64,000 nucleotides of DNA from an uncultured Methanosarcinaceae archaeon (lineage in GTDB: Archaea; Halobacteriota; Methanosarcinia; Methanosarcinales; Methanosarcinaceae): NCBI GenBank assembly GCA_963733675.1, contig CAVTET010000001.1, positions 960,001 through 1,024,000 of the forward strand. Direction: 5' to 3'. The notes beneath the pieces were generated by a model. The model worked only from the letters and a program-made list of their open reading frames with translations. It had not been told where the DNA came from and made no database searches. A program made the translations under genes and the position numbers. This document shows, in pieces, positions 48,984 to 60,288 of the stretch (within the stretch, counting starts at the first letter, position 1; each line of letters opens with the position of its first letter).

Positions 48984-49708
48984 ATGCACATCCCAGATGG
49001 ATATTTAGGGCCGCATACATATATTATTTTTTGGATCATCATGATTCCGATATGGTATTATGCGGGACAGAAGCTGAGCACAGAGCTCAAATCCAAACAG
49101 GTACCACTGCTAGCGCTATCAGCTGCGTTTTCATTTGTAATAATGATGTTTAAATCCCTGTTCCAGGTGGTAGCACAGGCCATGCCGTAGGCGGTGGAAT
49201 TATTGCCCTAGTCATAGGCCCCTGGGCAGCAATTATAGCTATATCTGTAACTTTGGTGTTACAAGCAATGATTTTCGGTGATGGTGGAATAACAGCCATA
49301 GCCACTAACTGCTTTAATATGGGAGTAGTAGTACCTTTTGTCGCTTACTATGCCTATAAGCTTATTAGCGGAAATTCAGAGATTACATCTTCTATAAGAG
49401 TTATTGCTGCGGCCATTGCTGGCTGGATTTCTTTGACCATGGCATCTTTTTGTGCGGGCATTGAATTAGGAATACAGCCAATTTTAGAGCACACTGCTAA
49501 AGGAGTCCCACTTTACATGCCATATACTTGGAGTGTAACTGTTCCTGCCATGGTACTTGAACACGCTTTGGCATTTAGTATTCTTGAAGCACTGATCACA
49601 GCAATTATTTTTGCTTATATCCAGAGAACAGATACATCTGTATTTTACGGAGAGAAATCTGAAGCTGAAATTAACAGAATAGAAATAATGAATGGAGTCA
49701 CAATCTGA
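48984..49708 (+). pseudogene. NikM/CbiM-family ECF S component, frameshifted
   Basis: MHIPDGYLG start; shift near 49150 before PVPGGSTGHAVGG; FGDGGITA. Confidence 0.8.
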
Positions 49709-49717
49709 GGTGAGAAT

Positions 49718-50041
49718 GTGGATAAGATGATAAGAAACTTATCTATTGGCTTGATATTATTGATCATATTTGCGCCTTTAGGTCTGCTTGCAGCAGGCAC
49801 TGCATATGGTGAATGGGCACCAGATGAGCTTAAGGACCGGATCGGGTTTGTGCCACATGGGTTGGAAGAGCTCTCGGATCTATGGCATTCACCAATGCAG
49901 GATTATAACATCCCTAACGCCCCTTCTTTTAAGGATTCGAAGCTGGTATCTTCTGTAGGATATATTCTGTCTGCAGTAATCGGTGTAATAGTTAGTGGCA
50001 GTTTTTTATATTTAATTGGAAAGAAGGCAACTAAACACTAA
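49718..50041 (+). CDS. NikN-like (PDGLE-type) ECF accessory membrane protein
   Basis: PLGLLAAGTAYGEW, SPMQDY, two TM helices. Confidence 0.75.
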   Translation: MDKMIRNLSIGLILLIIFAPLGLLAAGTAYGEWAPDELKDRIGFVPHGLEELSDLWHSPMQDYNIPNAPSFKDSKLVSSVGYILSAVIGVIVSGSFLYLIGKKATKH

Positions 50042-50761
50042 CAAATTAATCGCGTCTTGGATCATTATGATCCAAATTTTAATTTTTTTAGAAAGGAAAC
50101 GAGATATATTGGGTCTAAAAAGGCTCAATTACTTGATTTATTGGTTAGATTTCCTGCATGAGTGAAGATTGGATATATCATGAATAGAGTAGGCCCAATA
50201 TTGTGCCAATTTGAAAAATAGTAGATTGGCAGGACGGAGTGGTAAAATCCTTCTATAAAACTTGGTATTTTGTTTAAAAAACCTGAAACACCAGCTATCT
50301 GCACTTATATATACGGAATTCCACTACCACAGGTTCAATGAATGACTTCAGATTCTCGTATTTTTGATATTTTTTGGATAGACATATAATGTATAACAAC
50401 TTCATATTTAATATTTTTCTTTATTCTTTTTATATTTAATGTTATTAGGCTTAAAATTAATATTACTCTTTTTATTTTAATTCAACCACTATTTCAATTT
50501 ACTTTAGTTTCTGAGTTATTATTCATTACATTTTATAAATCATTAATTAAATATACTCTTATAAGTAGATATATAATTATACTATTCTCTTGATAATGAA
50601 ATATAATTATCAATCTGCTTATTTCCATTTATTTCTTTAAAATAGTATATTTAGAATTATGATAATTTTGACCAACAATTTGCCGATTGGGAGTAAATGG
50701 AAAAAATAACAACCATATAAAAATGATACAAAATGAAAATAATTTCGGAGTGTATATAAAT

Positions 50762-51031
50762 ATGGGGAAACACAAATTTGATAGAATGAAAACAATACTT
50801 GGCATTCTCATGTTAGTCTTTGCAGTAGTGCCATTGCTAACAGTGTCAGCGAGTGCACAGAACTCTAATACTAGTTCTGTTGGACCTATGGTAGGACCGT
50901 TTGGATATTACCCACCAGCTCCCTATGGAGATAGTGGGGATAGCGAGGTAGTCTGCGGACCTTATGGATGCTACTGGAATGAAGCCACAGCATACATCCC
51001 GAAGGCTATAATAGCCGATAATGGTTGGTAA
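50762..51031 (+). CDS. Small secreted Gly/Pro/Tyr-rich protein
   Basis: RBS-like GGAG before MGKHKFDRMKTILGILMLVFAVVPLLTVSASA signal; CGPYGC motif. Confidence 0.65.
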   Translation: MGKHKFDRMKTILGILMLVFAVVPLLTVSASAQNSNTSSVGPMVGPFGYYPPAPYGDSGDSEVVCGPYGCYWNEATAYIPKAIIADNGW

Positions 51032-51494
51032 AAATAAACCGTTATTTCGTCAATGATCTCAATCGCTGACTAATTAAGCGTGGAAAGGAAACAACATTTA
51101 GTATCTGCTTGTAACCACAAAAATAGATTGGACTGAAAAAAAGCTGATTTACTAAAAATTAAATGCATCTACTTTTTGCTATACTTTTCAGTTTGTGGGT
51201 TGGGTACTAATGAACAAAATATTAAGGGAAAGTTCACGCTTCGAACCTATAATATTAAACCCATACATCAATGAAAAAATAAGAAAAAGACATTTGTCCG
51301 TAAAGATATTGGCTTTTCATTAACTTAAAAAAAGGACAAAATAATAACTACGGAAGAAGATAAAAAATAGGGCAATATTGATAACCTTAAAGAATATCAT
51401 TATTGCCCTGAAAAATTTGGTGACCAATCATTTTGAATTATACATGGAGATTACATCCATCAACATGAAATTAACAACAATAAGATATTGTTTG

Positions 51495-51835
51495 TGCAGT
51501 TAGTGAGATCATCAATCCGATACTTTTAAGCTTATTTTTCCCTAACTGTTTAACTTGTTCTGCGAATAGACTGAGCAATTTCTGTTTTTCATTGGGAAGA
51601 AAAAACAGGATCGATTACACTTTAAAGAACTTTATGTATACTGCCAGAACTATATATTTATCATTTCCTTATTTTTCTATTTACAATGGTTGTTTGAGTT
51701 AAGTAGTTCCAAGTGTTCTAGGAGCTCCACATGTTCTAAAAGTCCCAGAAGCTCCAAGAGTTCCAAAAGTTACAAGAGTCCGGAATCAACAATGTGTTCT
51801 GATTACTGATGGCATTTCGGAAATCCAGAGATTTA
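51495..51835. repeat. Dispersed repeat with 9-bp periodic core, copy C (longest)
   Basis: About nine AGTTCCARR-like units; homologous to copies A and B. Confidence 0.85.
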
Positions 51836-52386
51836 AACATTTAAACTATGCATAATCAAGGGATCCAGATTCGGCTACATACAATAGTTCAATAAACCAA
51901 CAAATTGTGGATGTGGCAAAGGGGGTAAAAATTACAATAAAAATAGTATATCTAGTAAAAGGACATCCAAAGACTGCTTATTTGCATTGTGATGTAACAT
52001 AGGGTATAGAAAAAATTTATAATTTGCCAGAATAAATATTGTTTTGTCGAACAGACAAACAAATCCTCATACAGTAAATTAGAAACTGTTGATGTGTGCA
52101 GCATCAGCAGTACCTTCCTCTCTAATTTATTATAGATTTAGAATTTGAACTAAAAAAAATATCTCAGATCAATTTTAGTTTCGCTTAAATATTACCCACT
52201 TGTATTTTTGGAGTTATTTTTTGTGATTAATGTCTAAATTTAGATCCAGAAACTGAAAATAAAGGAATAGATACTTGATAAAATAAGTAAATAGGTATGT
52301 ACACATGACTTTTTTGACATTCGGATTTCTGTAAAGCCTAAATTTTGAAATCGATAACTTTCAAGGTGGCTACAACTGGGAAAAGC

Positions 52387-53016
52387 TTATGGTATTTTCC
52401 GGTAGCCCCATATAGTCAACGATAAATCGATCATTAAATCAGTCAGAACTTCTTCATTCGTGAAAGGCACTGGATATATCATGTTAAGGAGAATAGTGCC
52501 TTTTATCATAATCCCCCAGTACATCAGGAGTTCTAAAGGATCCTTATTCCCTATTTTAACGTTATTGAAACGGGCAAAAAAATCAGCTGTAGCTTTGTAG
52601 TCTTTAAAGTCCATCTTTTTGACTTCATCTCTAATTTCACCATCAACCGGTGCAGCAATTGTCAATGCCTTTACCAAAGAACTATTGTCTTTATTGAGTT
52701 GTTGCAGATTTTTGATGATGATTTTCATGTATCCTGGAAAATCATTGAAATCAACATTTTCTGGCTGCTTTATCATCAACAGTTCGTCTGTATATTGGTG
52801 ATTGATTCCTTTAAGGATATCAAATTCTCCGTCTGGAAAATATTTATGGATCAGGCCTATACTTACATTGGCTGAATCTTCTATATCTTGAATGGTCACT
52901 TTTTCGTAACCTTTTGTTCCAATGAGCATACGTGTAGTATCTTGAATAGAAATGCTTTTAGCTTTATCATCTGGTTCGATGCTCATTTCGTCATCTTGAA
53001 CAGTCTTTTTATTCAC
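52387..53016 (-). CDS. TetR/AcrR-family transcriptional regulator
   Basis: KGYEKVTIQDI..SANVSIGLIHKYF HTH. Confidence 0.75.
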   Translation of the reverse strand: MNKKTVQDDEMSIEPDDKAKSISIQDTTRMLIGTKGYEKVTIQDIEDSANVSIGLIHKYFPDGEFDILKGINHQYTDELLMIKQPENVDFNDFPGYMKIIIKNLQQLNKDNSSLVKALTIAAPVDGEIRDEVKKMDFKDYKATADFFARFNNVKIGNKDPLELLMYWGIMIKGTILLNMIYPVPFTNEEVLTDLMIDLSLTIWGYRKIP

Positions 53017-53627
53017 TATATAATACCCTCTTAATTTATAGAAGTTAAGAACAACAATTTTAGTTAAGTGAATGCAGATAGTAACGTTTTCGACAATCCA
53101 GTATAAGATTACATAAACAGTAAGAATTTAGTTTACATTTGATTTATAGTTTTATTTAGTTATAGTTCCTATCATTAACCATTAACCGATCCATATATAC
53201 TGATCAACCAACAATCGACAAAATTTCAAATTGGAAATTGGCCAAGGTTCAAAACTTTGCGCTGAAGTAAACAAAGTAATTGTTGATTTGAAATAACAGT
53301 TTTTTAACATCGATGAACTTAAGAGTACTTTCACATTAAGCAGTTGATATTTTAAGAATTCTGTATTACCATAGTTCTCAAATTTTAAGCACCTAATTCT
53401 AGTTCACATTTGATACAAAACAATATTTTTATGATAAAGGAAAGAGATTCTGATACAAAAATTGTGTATATAGAAAAAAAATAGAAGTTTTATTAGTACA
53501 ATCATTGACTTTTTTATTTTATCAAAATCAGTTTTAAAATGCAGATTGCGACAATACAATCATTTTTTCTATAAAACCCGAAATCTAAAAAAAATGATAA
53601 AATGCCATCAAAAGCAAAAAAGGCATT

Positions 53628-55712
53628 CTACCATATCACAGGCCTCTCATCCTCTGTCCTGTAGAGTTTATCTACTGGCTTTATACTAGAGAACGCCTTG
53701 TAAAACTCAGGCACATTGAAGACAACGCCGTTGACCCTAAACCTGTTTGGAGGGTGGGGATCAGTAAGTGCTCGCATCCTCGGCTTTCATCAGTTTCAGA
53801 TTGCCTCCACATCTGGGCGAAGCTTAAGAAGAATCTTTGATCACCCGTAAATCCATCAATCGTCTTAGGCCCCTCTTTCAATGAAAGTTTGTAGGCATGG
53901 TAGGCCATCGTCAATCCGCCGAAGTCTGCTATATTCTCCTGCAGGGTCAGATTGCCGTTGACGTGTAGGCCGGGCAGAACCTCGAAACTGTTGTACTCAT
54001 CCACCAAAATACCCGTGTTTTTATTAAAGCTATCAGCATCTTTTGGTGTCCACCAATTAGTTAAATTTCCATTAACATCGAATTTTCTGCCCTGGCTATC
54101 GAAGTGGTGAGTCATCTCGTGTCCTATGATGGCACCAATTGCACCGTAGTTTACCGCATCATCAGCGTCCTTGTTGAAGAAGGGAGGCTGAAGAATGCCA
54201 GCTGGGAAGACTACGAGAACCTTATTAACATCAGCATAGGCGTTAGCCTCCTGGGGATTCATCTCCCAGAGCTTACGATCCACTAGCTTGCCTATCTTAT
54301 CCAAGCCATCGAAACTGTGGTGGAACTTAAATTTCGAGGCACGAATGGTATTCATAACATATGAATCATTATTCACTTCAAGCTCTGAATAATTCAGCCA
54401 TTCATCGGGGTAACCTACTTGAACATCCAAAACATCAAGCTTCATTAGGGCCTTTTTCTTGGTTTCGGGTTCCATCCATGTCAAATTTTTAATTATATCC
54501 ATGAATGCTTTCTTTAGGTTGGATACAATCTCCTGCATCCTGGCCTTGGAGCTTGAGTCGAAATACCTGTCTACATAGACCCTGCCTATGTCCTCACCTA
54601 TGGCTTTGTATTCTGCATCAAGGACCCTCTTCCAGCGAGGCTTCATCTCCTGTTGGCCATTGAGCTCTTTCTCATAGAAATTAAAATGCCCTATCTCTAG
54701 ATCTGAACTGAGATAGGGAGAAGTAGCTAAAATCAACTTCCAACGAAGGAAAGTTTTTAAGTCATTTATATTCTCTTCCTGAATAATAGTGCTTAACTCC
54801 TTGAAGTATGATGGGTTTCTTACATTGACCTCAGTTATTTTCGGCTGGCCCAAGAAACTAAAGGCACTAGACCAATTCATTCCTGGAGCAAAGGCCTGAA
54901 GCTCCTCAAGGTTCATCTTATTATATGTCTTGACCTCATCTTTATCTTTCACATTAGTAAAGGATGCATTGGCGAGCTTGGTCTCTATTTCCATGACGGT
55001 TTTGGCATTACTCTTCGCGATCTTTGGGCTATCACCGAGAAAGACGAACATTTTGGCAACGTGAGTTAGATATTGCTCTCTTATCTGGATAGATTCGTTG
55101 TCCTGTCTGAAATAGAAATCTCTATCTTGAAGGCCTAACCCCCCCTGAGTGAGAGTAACGATCATGATCGTACTGTTCTTTTTATTGGGCTCGGCATACA
55201 TAGAGAAGAAAGGATCTATGCCACAATCCATCATTTTCATGGATACAGATTGGACATCGGAGATGTTGGCGATGCTGTCTATCATCTTTAGCTCGTCTTT
55301 GATGGGATCAAGGCGCTGCTTTTCAAGGGTAGCAGTATCCATTCCCATAATGTAAAATTTACCTATCTTCTGCTCGCGGCTTTTCTTAGGAGCAGAGGTG
55401 TTGTTGGCTGCACTTTCCACTATACTTTTAACGTGGTCATAGGTTTTGTCCTCCACTATCTTCAGACTCTCCGTATCGTGATTTATCTGCAGGTACTGGG
55501 TGGCTTTTTATCCAAGCCTCTTTAACATACTCATAAAAATCGTCGCCAGGTTTTACTAAGAAGTTCATACCCCCTGGATCGAAAGCTTTCTCATATCCTG
55601 AAATCGTTTTATTACCCATCGAAGTTTCAGAAGAACCAAAAGCTACGAGGTTTAAAGCGATAATTAATGTGATACCAAAAACGAATACATATATTACTCT
55701 CTTTCTTTTCAT
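53628..55712 (-). pseudogene. M13 (neprilysin/PepO-like) metallopeptidase with two frameshifts
   Basis: VKPGDDFYEYV, NAY, GHEMTHHFD, ENIADFGG; shifts near 55455 and 53780 (DPHPPNRFRVNG in another frame). Confidence 0.88.
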
Positions 55713-55940
55713 ACGTCCTCAACTTCTATGGATTCTAAAATATCTCTTACACTAGAGCAGATGTCTGAGTTAATTTCTCAAAAGCTCCAATATTGAGTAT
55801 ATCTACAAATACTAAGTCACAAGAATATCAAAATTATTATCGTTTGCAAAAAATGGATGGAAAATTCCATTCAGAGATAAAAAGTATAATTCATTAAGTT
55901 AAAGACCAAAATAATGCAGAGGTAGGTTTATATTATCCAA

Positions 55941-56609
55941 TTGGATAGGTTTAAAATACAATTGCTCTTTTTACTATTGTTGCTGGTACTTATCTCGCCC
56001 ATCACATCAACAGCTTCTGAATTTAGTTATCCAAGAATTTCAGATCACCCATGGGATCATTCCCCTATCACCGTATATATAAATAACAAAACTGTTCCGC
56101 TCCATTATAGTCCCACATATTACGCAGATATAGAAAAAGCTCTGAATTATTGGTCAGGAGGTGGAAATGGTAAACTGAAGTATATTCCTGTGTTTGAGAT
56201 TGTGGATTCAGAAGATGCTGATATCAGGATAAAATGGGACACAAATCTGCAGAAAGATCAAGGTGCTCCTCATGGAGTTGCAGGTGAAACAATCCGGCAT
56301 ATTGCCAATGAGCAATTTGTATACGTAACTATTATACTTGGAGTTGGAAATCAGCAGTGGATTGATTGGGTTCCGTATAGTGATACAGCAATGATTGCCA
56401 TTGTAGAACATGAATTAGGCCATGCCTTGGGGTTGGATCACAGCAATGATCCACGGGATATTATGTATCCATCCAATGAGCAGATAGATAACACAAATCC
56501 TTTCTTGCAGAGTAAATACGGTTCTCTTTTGCTTATTGTGTTTTACACAGCTATTGCGGTTATCGTCTTCATCTATGTAAGCTGGTTACTTAACAGGAAA
56601 AAAAGATAA
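55941..56609 (+). CDS. Matrixin (M10) metalloprotease, membrane-anchored
   Basis: HELGHALGLDHS..DIMYP metzincin motif; signal peptide and C-terminal TM. Confidence 0.85.
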   Translation: MDRFKIQLLFLLLLLVLISPITSTASEFSYPRISDHPWDHSPITVYINNKTVPLHYSPTYYADIEKALNYWSGGGNGKLKYIPVFEIVDSEDADIRIKWDTNLQKDQGAPHGVAGETIRHIANEQFVYVTIILGVGNQQWIDWVPYSDTAMIAIVEHELGHALGLDHSNDPRDIMYPSNEQIDNTNPFLQSKYGSLLLIVFYTAIAVIVFIYVSWLLNRKKR

Positions 56610-56733
56610 ACACTTAAGGATGAGTACTTTAAATAAAGATTTCTCGATAGTGTATCGATTTTCTGTAAAATCATAACATTTGAGTGGCTCTGTATAAATT
56701 TTCTATAAACTGGCTTCATTAGGTTCAATTTAT

Positions 56734-56771
56734 CCGACATTCTGTAGATGTACATAGATATAGAATGTCGG
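56734..56771. terminator. Hairpin between convergent genes
   Basis: CCGACATTCT / AGAATGTCGG perfect 10-bp stem. Confidence 0.55.
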
Positions 56772-56788
56772 TTAGTTTATCTTGAGTA

Positions 56789-56947
56789 TCATTCTAATTT
56801 CATCGGCTCCCCGCAACATTTTATGTCGCCGTTACAGCATGCTTCTGTAGAGCAGATATCGTCCCCGCATGTATTTACTACCTTAAGTTCGAATCCACAT
56901 CCTTCACAAGAAAGACGCTGATCTTCTTTTAGTTCACTGCAGTTCAC
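56789..56947 (-). CDS. 52-aa, 9-Cys desulforedoxin-like metal-binding protein
   Basis: GAGGTGA RBS, GTG start; NCSELKEDQRLSCEGCGFELKVVNTCGDDICSTEACCNGDIKCCGEPMKLE. Confidence 0.8.
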   Translation of the reverse strand: MNCSELKEDQRLSCEGCGFELKVVNTCGDDICSTEACCNGDIKCCGEPMKLE

Positions 56948-57893
56948 TTCATATCACCTCAAAATGTTTAACACAAAAAACACGTAATTTAGATTTAAAT
57001 CTTTTTCAAAACAACGATTTTGAGTATTGTTCAAAATTTTAGCTTTTTTGTGTGGGTTGGAAATAATTTTCCAGTTGAAAACTAGCTACCACAAAGAGAT
57101 AACCACCACAGAGAGATAAATAGATTCTGGTGTTATTTTTCCGCATAAAATGTTTTCAAATTTATTTTATTCGAATACCCTGCAGAATGCCGCAGGGACA
57201 GAAATTTCCCCGAGAACCATTATTGATTAAGTTAGTTGTATTTTCAGCAGATTTGTAATGAAATGGAACTTAAGCATGCAAATCGTTGTGTAGGTAAAGT
57301 AAAGTATCACCTGATTTTTTTTTGTGTGTGTGAAATGTAGTAATAAGTTTCTTTTAGATGCAGAAATCATCAGCTTTTTGAAAAACGTATGCTTTTAGAT
57401 TGGTGAATGGTACTGTTTTGACTTTGATGCATTGGTACTGATTATAATCATATTCGTTCTTTCGTTGGTGCTGAGCTCCAGTATTCTTCTTCAAAAGTTA
57501 TGCAAATCATAATTTGATTTTTTAGAGATTTAAACTTTCCTTTTAATACTCAAATGCGTAGGAGTTTATCGAAATTCTCAAATATATTAACTTTTGTTTG
57601 TAGTTTAAATGTTTAAATTGTCCATAACTGTGATTGAGAGTTTTTGAAAATTATCTTCGCTGTTAAAAACGATACTTTTTCATGAGTACATACTGTCAAG
57701 TATAGTGTATTTTATTCAGTCACTTAATTTCCTGGCAAAAATAACATGAAAATAAATCAAATATCCCTTTTAAAAATCTTAATTTTATTATTCTTTTCTC
57801 ATTTGCAGTTTAATGGCAAGTTTTCGTTCCAGATTCTACACTTCTATCTATATAAAAATGTGTTTTTTATACTAGTTTGGTAATCAGTATTCA

Positions 57894-58256
57894 ATGATTG
57901 ATTTAGATACCTTGAAATATGACAACGGTCTGATTCGAGTTGTTGTTCAGGATCATGTCAGCAAAGAAGTGCTTATGTGCGCTTATATGAACCGGGAAGC
58001 TCTTGAGAAAACTATTGAAACTGGAATTTCGCATTTCTGGAGCCGAAGTAGACAAAAGCTGTGGAAAAAAGGGGAAATTTCGGGAAATGTGCAGAAAGTG
58101 AATCAGATAAAGATTGACTGCGATATGGATTCTATCCTACTGCTTGTGGACCAGATTGGGGGAGCTTGCCACATGGGATATAGATCCTGTTTTTTTTGAG
58201 ATATCGAGGGAAAGATAATCGGTGAGAAGGTTTTTGAGCCGGAGGATGCCTATTAG
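57894..58256 (+). CDS. hisI: Phosphoribosyl-AMP cyclohydrolase with premature TGA near the C-terminus
   Basis: [29 protein letters not shown]; TGA at 58197-58199, then [18 protein letters not shown] in frame. Confidence 0.9.
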
Positions 58257-58269
58257 ATTTTAAGATTTT

Positions 58270-58612
58270 GATTGAGTTTGAAAATTGTATTCGGTCAATA
58301 CATTGTTTCTCCATTTTAAAGTCAAAAAGACCATGCAATTGCTGTAAAACAAATATTTTGAACATAATAATGATACCAGCTTCAGGTCTGCCTCAGAAAA
58401 CGGTTTTGTCAAAATATATGGACTCAAAAATGATATGAAAAAGTTTCCAATCAATTAAGGAATCAATTTTAGTAAGTTTATCTCCAACTGACTGAAGATG
58501 CTTGTATTCCTCTTTGAGAGCAAAATCAGTAAGAGTTTTCATGAGTATAAATTATTGTCAAGAGATTTGTAATCTCCAATGCCCAAATGCATAGAAGCTT
58601 ATCGAAATAATC
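58270..58612 (-). mobile_element. IS5-family left-end remnant (5' transposase fragment)
   Basis: ATG 58542: MKTLTDFALKEEYKHLQSVGDKL..IDW..*GRPE..MFKIFVLQQLHGL..EKQCIDRI. Confidence 0.75.
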
Positions 58613-58631
58613 TATCAACAAAGATATTTAC

Positions 58632-59489
58632 TCATTCATTATGAGCGGTGAATCTCATATTGGCTTTAATCCTCTGAAAAACCATGGTGATAATGTAAAG
58701 AACGAATACTATGCTAGTTATAAAAAAGCTCACTGGGTAAGGCTCATAAAACGAAATAAAAAGTCCTAGCCAGGTCGCGATTAGAGCAATAAATATAGAG
58801 ATCATTATGCCTTGTTTGGGGCGTTTTGCAAATCGATGAGCAATCGCTGCTGGTGTGATCATTAATGAGAAAATAAGAAGGACACCAACGACTTGAACGG
58901 CGAAAGATGTCGCAACTGCGACCATAAGCATGAAAATTATTCCAAGCAAAAGCGTTGGCAATCCTTTTACTTCTGCGACTTCTTCATCAAGAGATGAAAA
59001 TAAGAGTGGTCGATATACTATCCCAGTTGAAAACATAATCAGCAGACTGGCAACAAGTGTCATAATGACATCATTATTACTAATACCCAATATTTCTCCG
59101 AATAAAATAGAGTAGGCTTCGGTTGCATAGCCACTATAGAGGCTAATGAACAGAACACCAAGGCCAAGCATGAATGAAAGGACTATTCCAATTTGAGTGT
59201 CGCGCGAAGCTGCTCGGCGACCAAGTATTGCTATCGTTATACCGCCACAACCAGTAAACAGCAGAAGGCCGATTATAGGGGCGAACCCAAAGAGCACGGC
59301 GCCTGCTGCCCCTGAAAATCCGATATGAGCAAGGGCGTGCGCCGCGAACGATGAACGACGAAGCACTATAAAGTAGCCGACGATGCCTGCGACGATCGCG
59401 ACTATAGTTCCGGCTTCAAAGGCATGCTGCATAAATCCGTATTGCCACATCTCTTGCAGGTCAGTTAATAAATTAATGCTAAAGGACAT
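58632..59489 (-). CDS. Zn/Mn ABC transporter permease (ZnuB-like)
   Basis: AHALAHIGFSG, LFGEILGI, VVGVLLIFSLMITPA. Confidence 0.88.
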   Translation of the reverse strand: MSFSINLLTDLQEMWQYGFMQHAFEAGTIVAIVAGIVGYFIVLRRSSFAAHALAHIGFSGAAGAVLFGFAPIIGLLLFTGCGGITIAILGRRAASRDTQIGIVLSFMLGLGVLFISLYSGYATEAYSILFGEILGISNNDVIMTLVASLLIMFSTGIVYRPLLFSSLDEEVAEVKGLPTLLLGIIFMLMVAVATSFAVQVVGVLLIFSLMITPAAIAHRFAKRPKQGIMISIFIALIATWLGLFISFYEPYPVSFFITSIVFVLYIITMVFQRIKANMRFTAHNE

Positions 59490-59490
59490 A

Positions 59491-60288
59491 TCAATCGTAA
59501 TGGTGCTGGTTTTCTTCGATACCTATCACTGCGACCTGGCCCTTAGAACCACGCAGGACCTCAACCGGTGTCCCGTATAAAGCCGATAGGGACTCTGACG
59601 TCAGGACTTCGTTTGGCCTGCCGATCGCCACCTTGCCGTTGACTATATATATCACTTTATCAAGAACAGGCAAAAGTGGATTAATATTGTGAGCTATAAG
59701 CAATGCCGTTGCATTGCGTGCTCGAACTACATTATCGATAAGCTGCACTAATTCTTGCTCACGCCTGATATCAAGGTTTGACAATGGCTCATCGAGCAAT
59801 AATAGATCTGGGTCGCTGACCAATGCTTCAGCTAGAAATACCCGTTGTAATTCTCCGCCTGACAATACGCCAAGGGACCGATGTGCTAGATCTTCTGCTC
59901 CAACGGCTTTCAGCGCATCAAAAGCGCATTTGCTATCTTTTTGGGAAAATAGGTTAAAACCCCACCTATTTCCGGAAAAGCCGAGCCTTACCAATTCAAG
60001 GGATTCGATGTTCATTTCTGGATCAATTAAGTGTCTCTGCGGTACGAAACCGATATGTGGATTGCCGCGTTTAGGTAGGGTATTAAATATCTTAATATTG
60101 CCACGAATAGGTTGTTGTATCCCAAGAAGCAAACGAAACAGGGTTGTTTTTCCCGATCCGTTGGGACCGATGATCGCTACGAATTCGCCGTAGTCTATAG
60201 TAAAATTGGCGTCCTGCCAAACGATGTTGTTCTGATAGCCGGCCGCCAAGTTTTCAACTGTAATAATATTCGAATAGTTTGCGTTCAT
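59491..60288 (-). CDS. Zn/Mn ABC transporter ATP-binding protein (ZnuC-like)
   Basis: GPNGSGKTT, LSGGELQRV, LLDEP. Confidence 0.9.
   Translation of the reverse strand: MNANYSNIITVENLAAGYQNNIVWQDANFTIDYGEFVAIIGPNGSGKTTLFRLLLGIQQPIRGNIKIFNTLPKRGNPHIGFVPQRHLIDPEMNIESLELVRLGFSGNRWGFNLFSQKDSKCAFDALKAVGAEDLAHRSLGVLSGGELQRVFLAEALVSDPDLLLLDEPLSNLDIRREQELVQLIDNVVRARNATALLIAHNINPLLPVLDKVIYIVNGKVAIGRPNEVLTSESLSALYGTPVEVLRGSKGQVAVIGIEENQHHYD

Noticed and set aside
58132-58454. Two short minus-strand ORFs in the track
   Set aside because: Pieces or alternative frames of the IS5 transposase remnant
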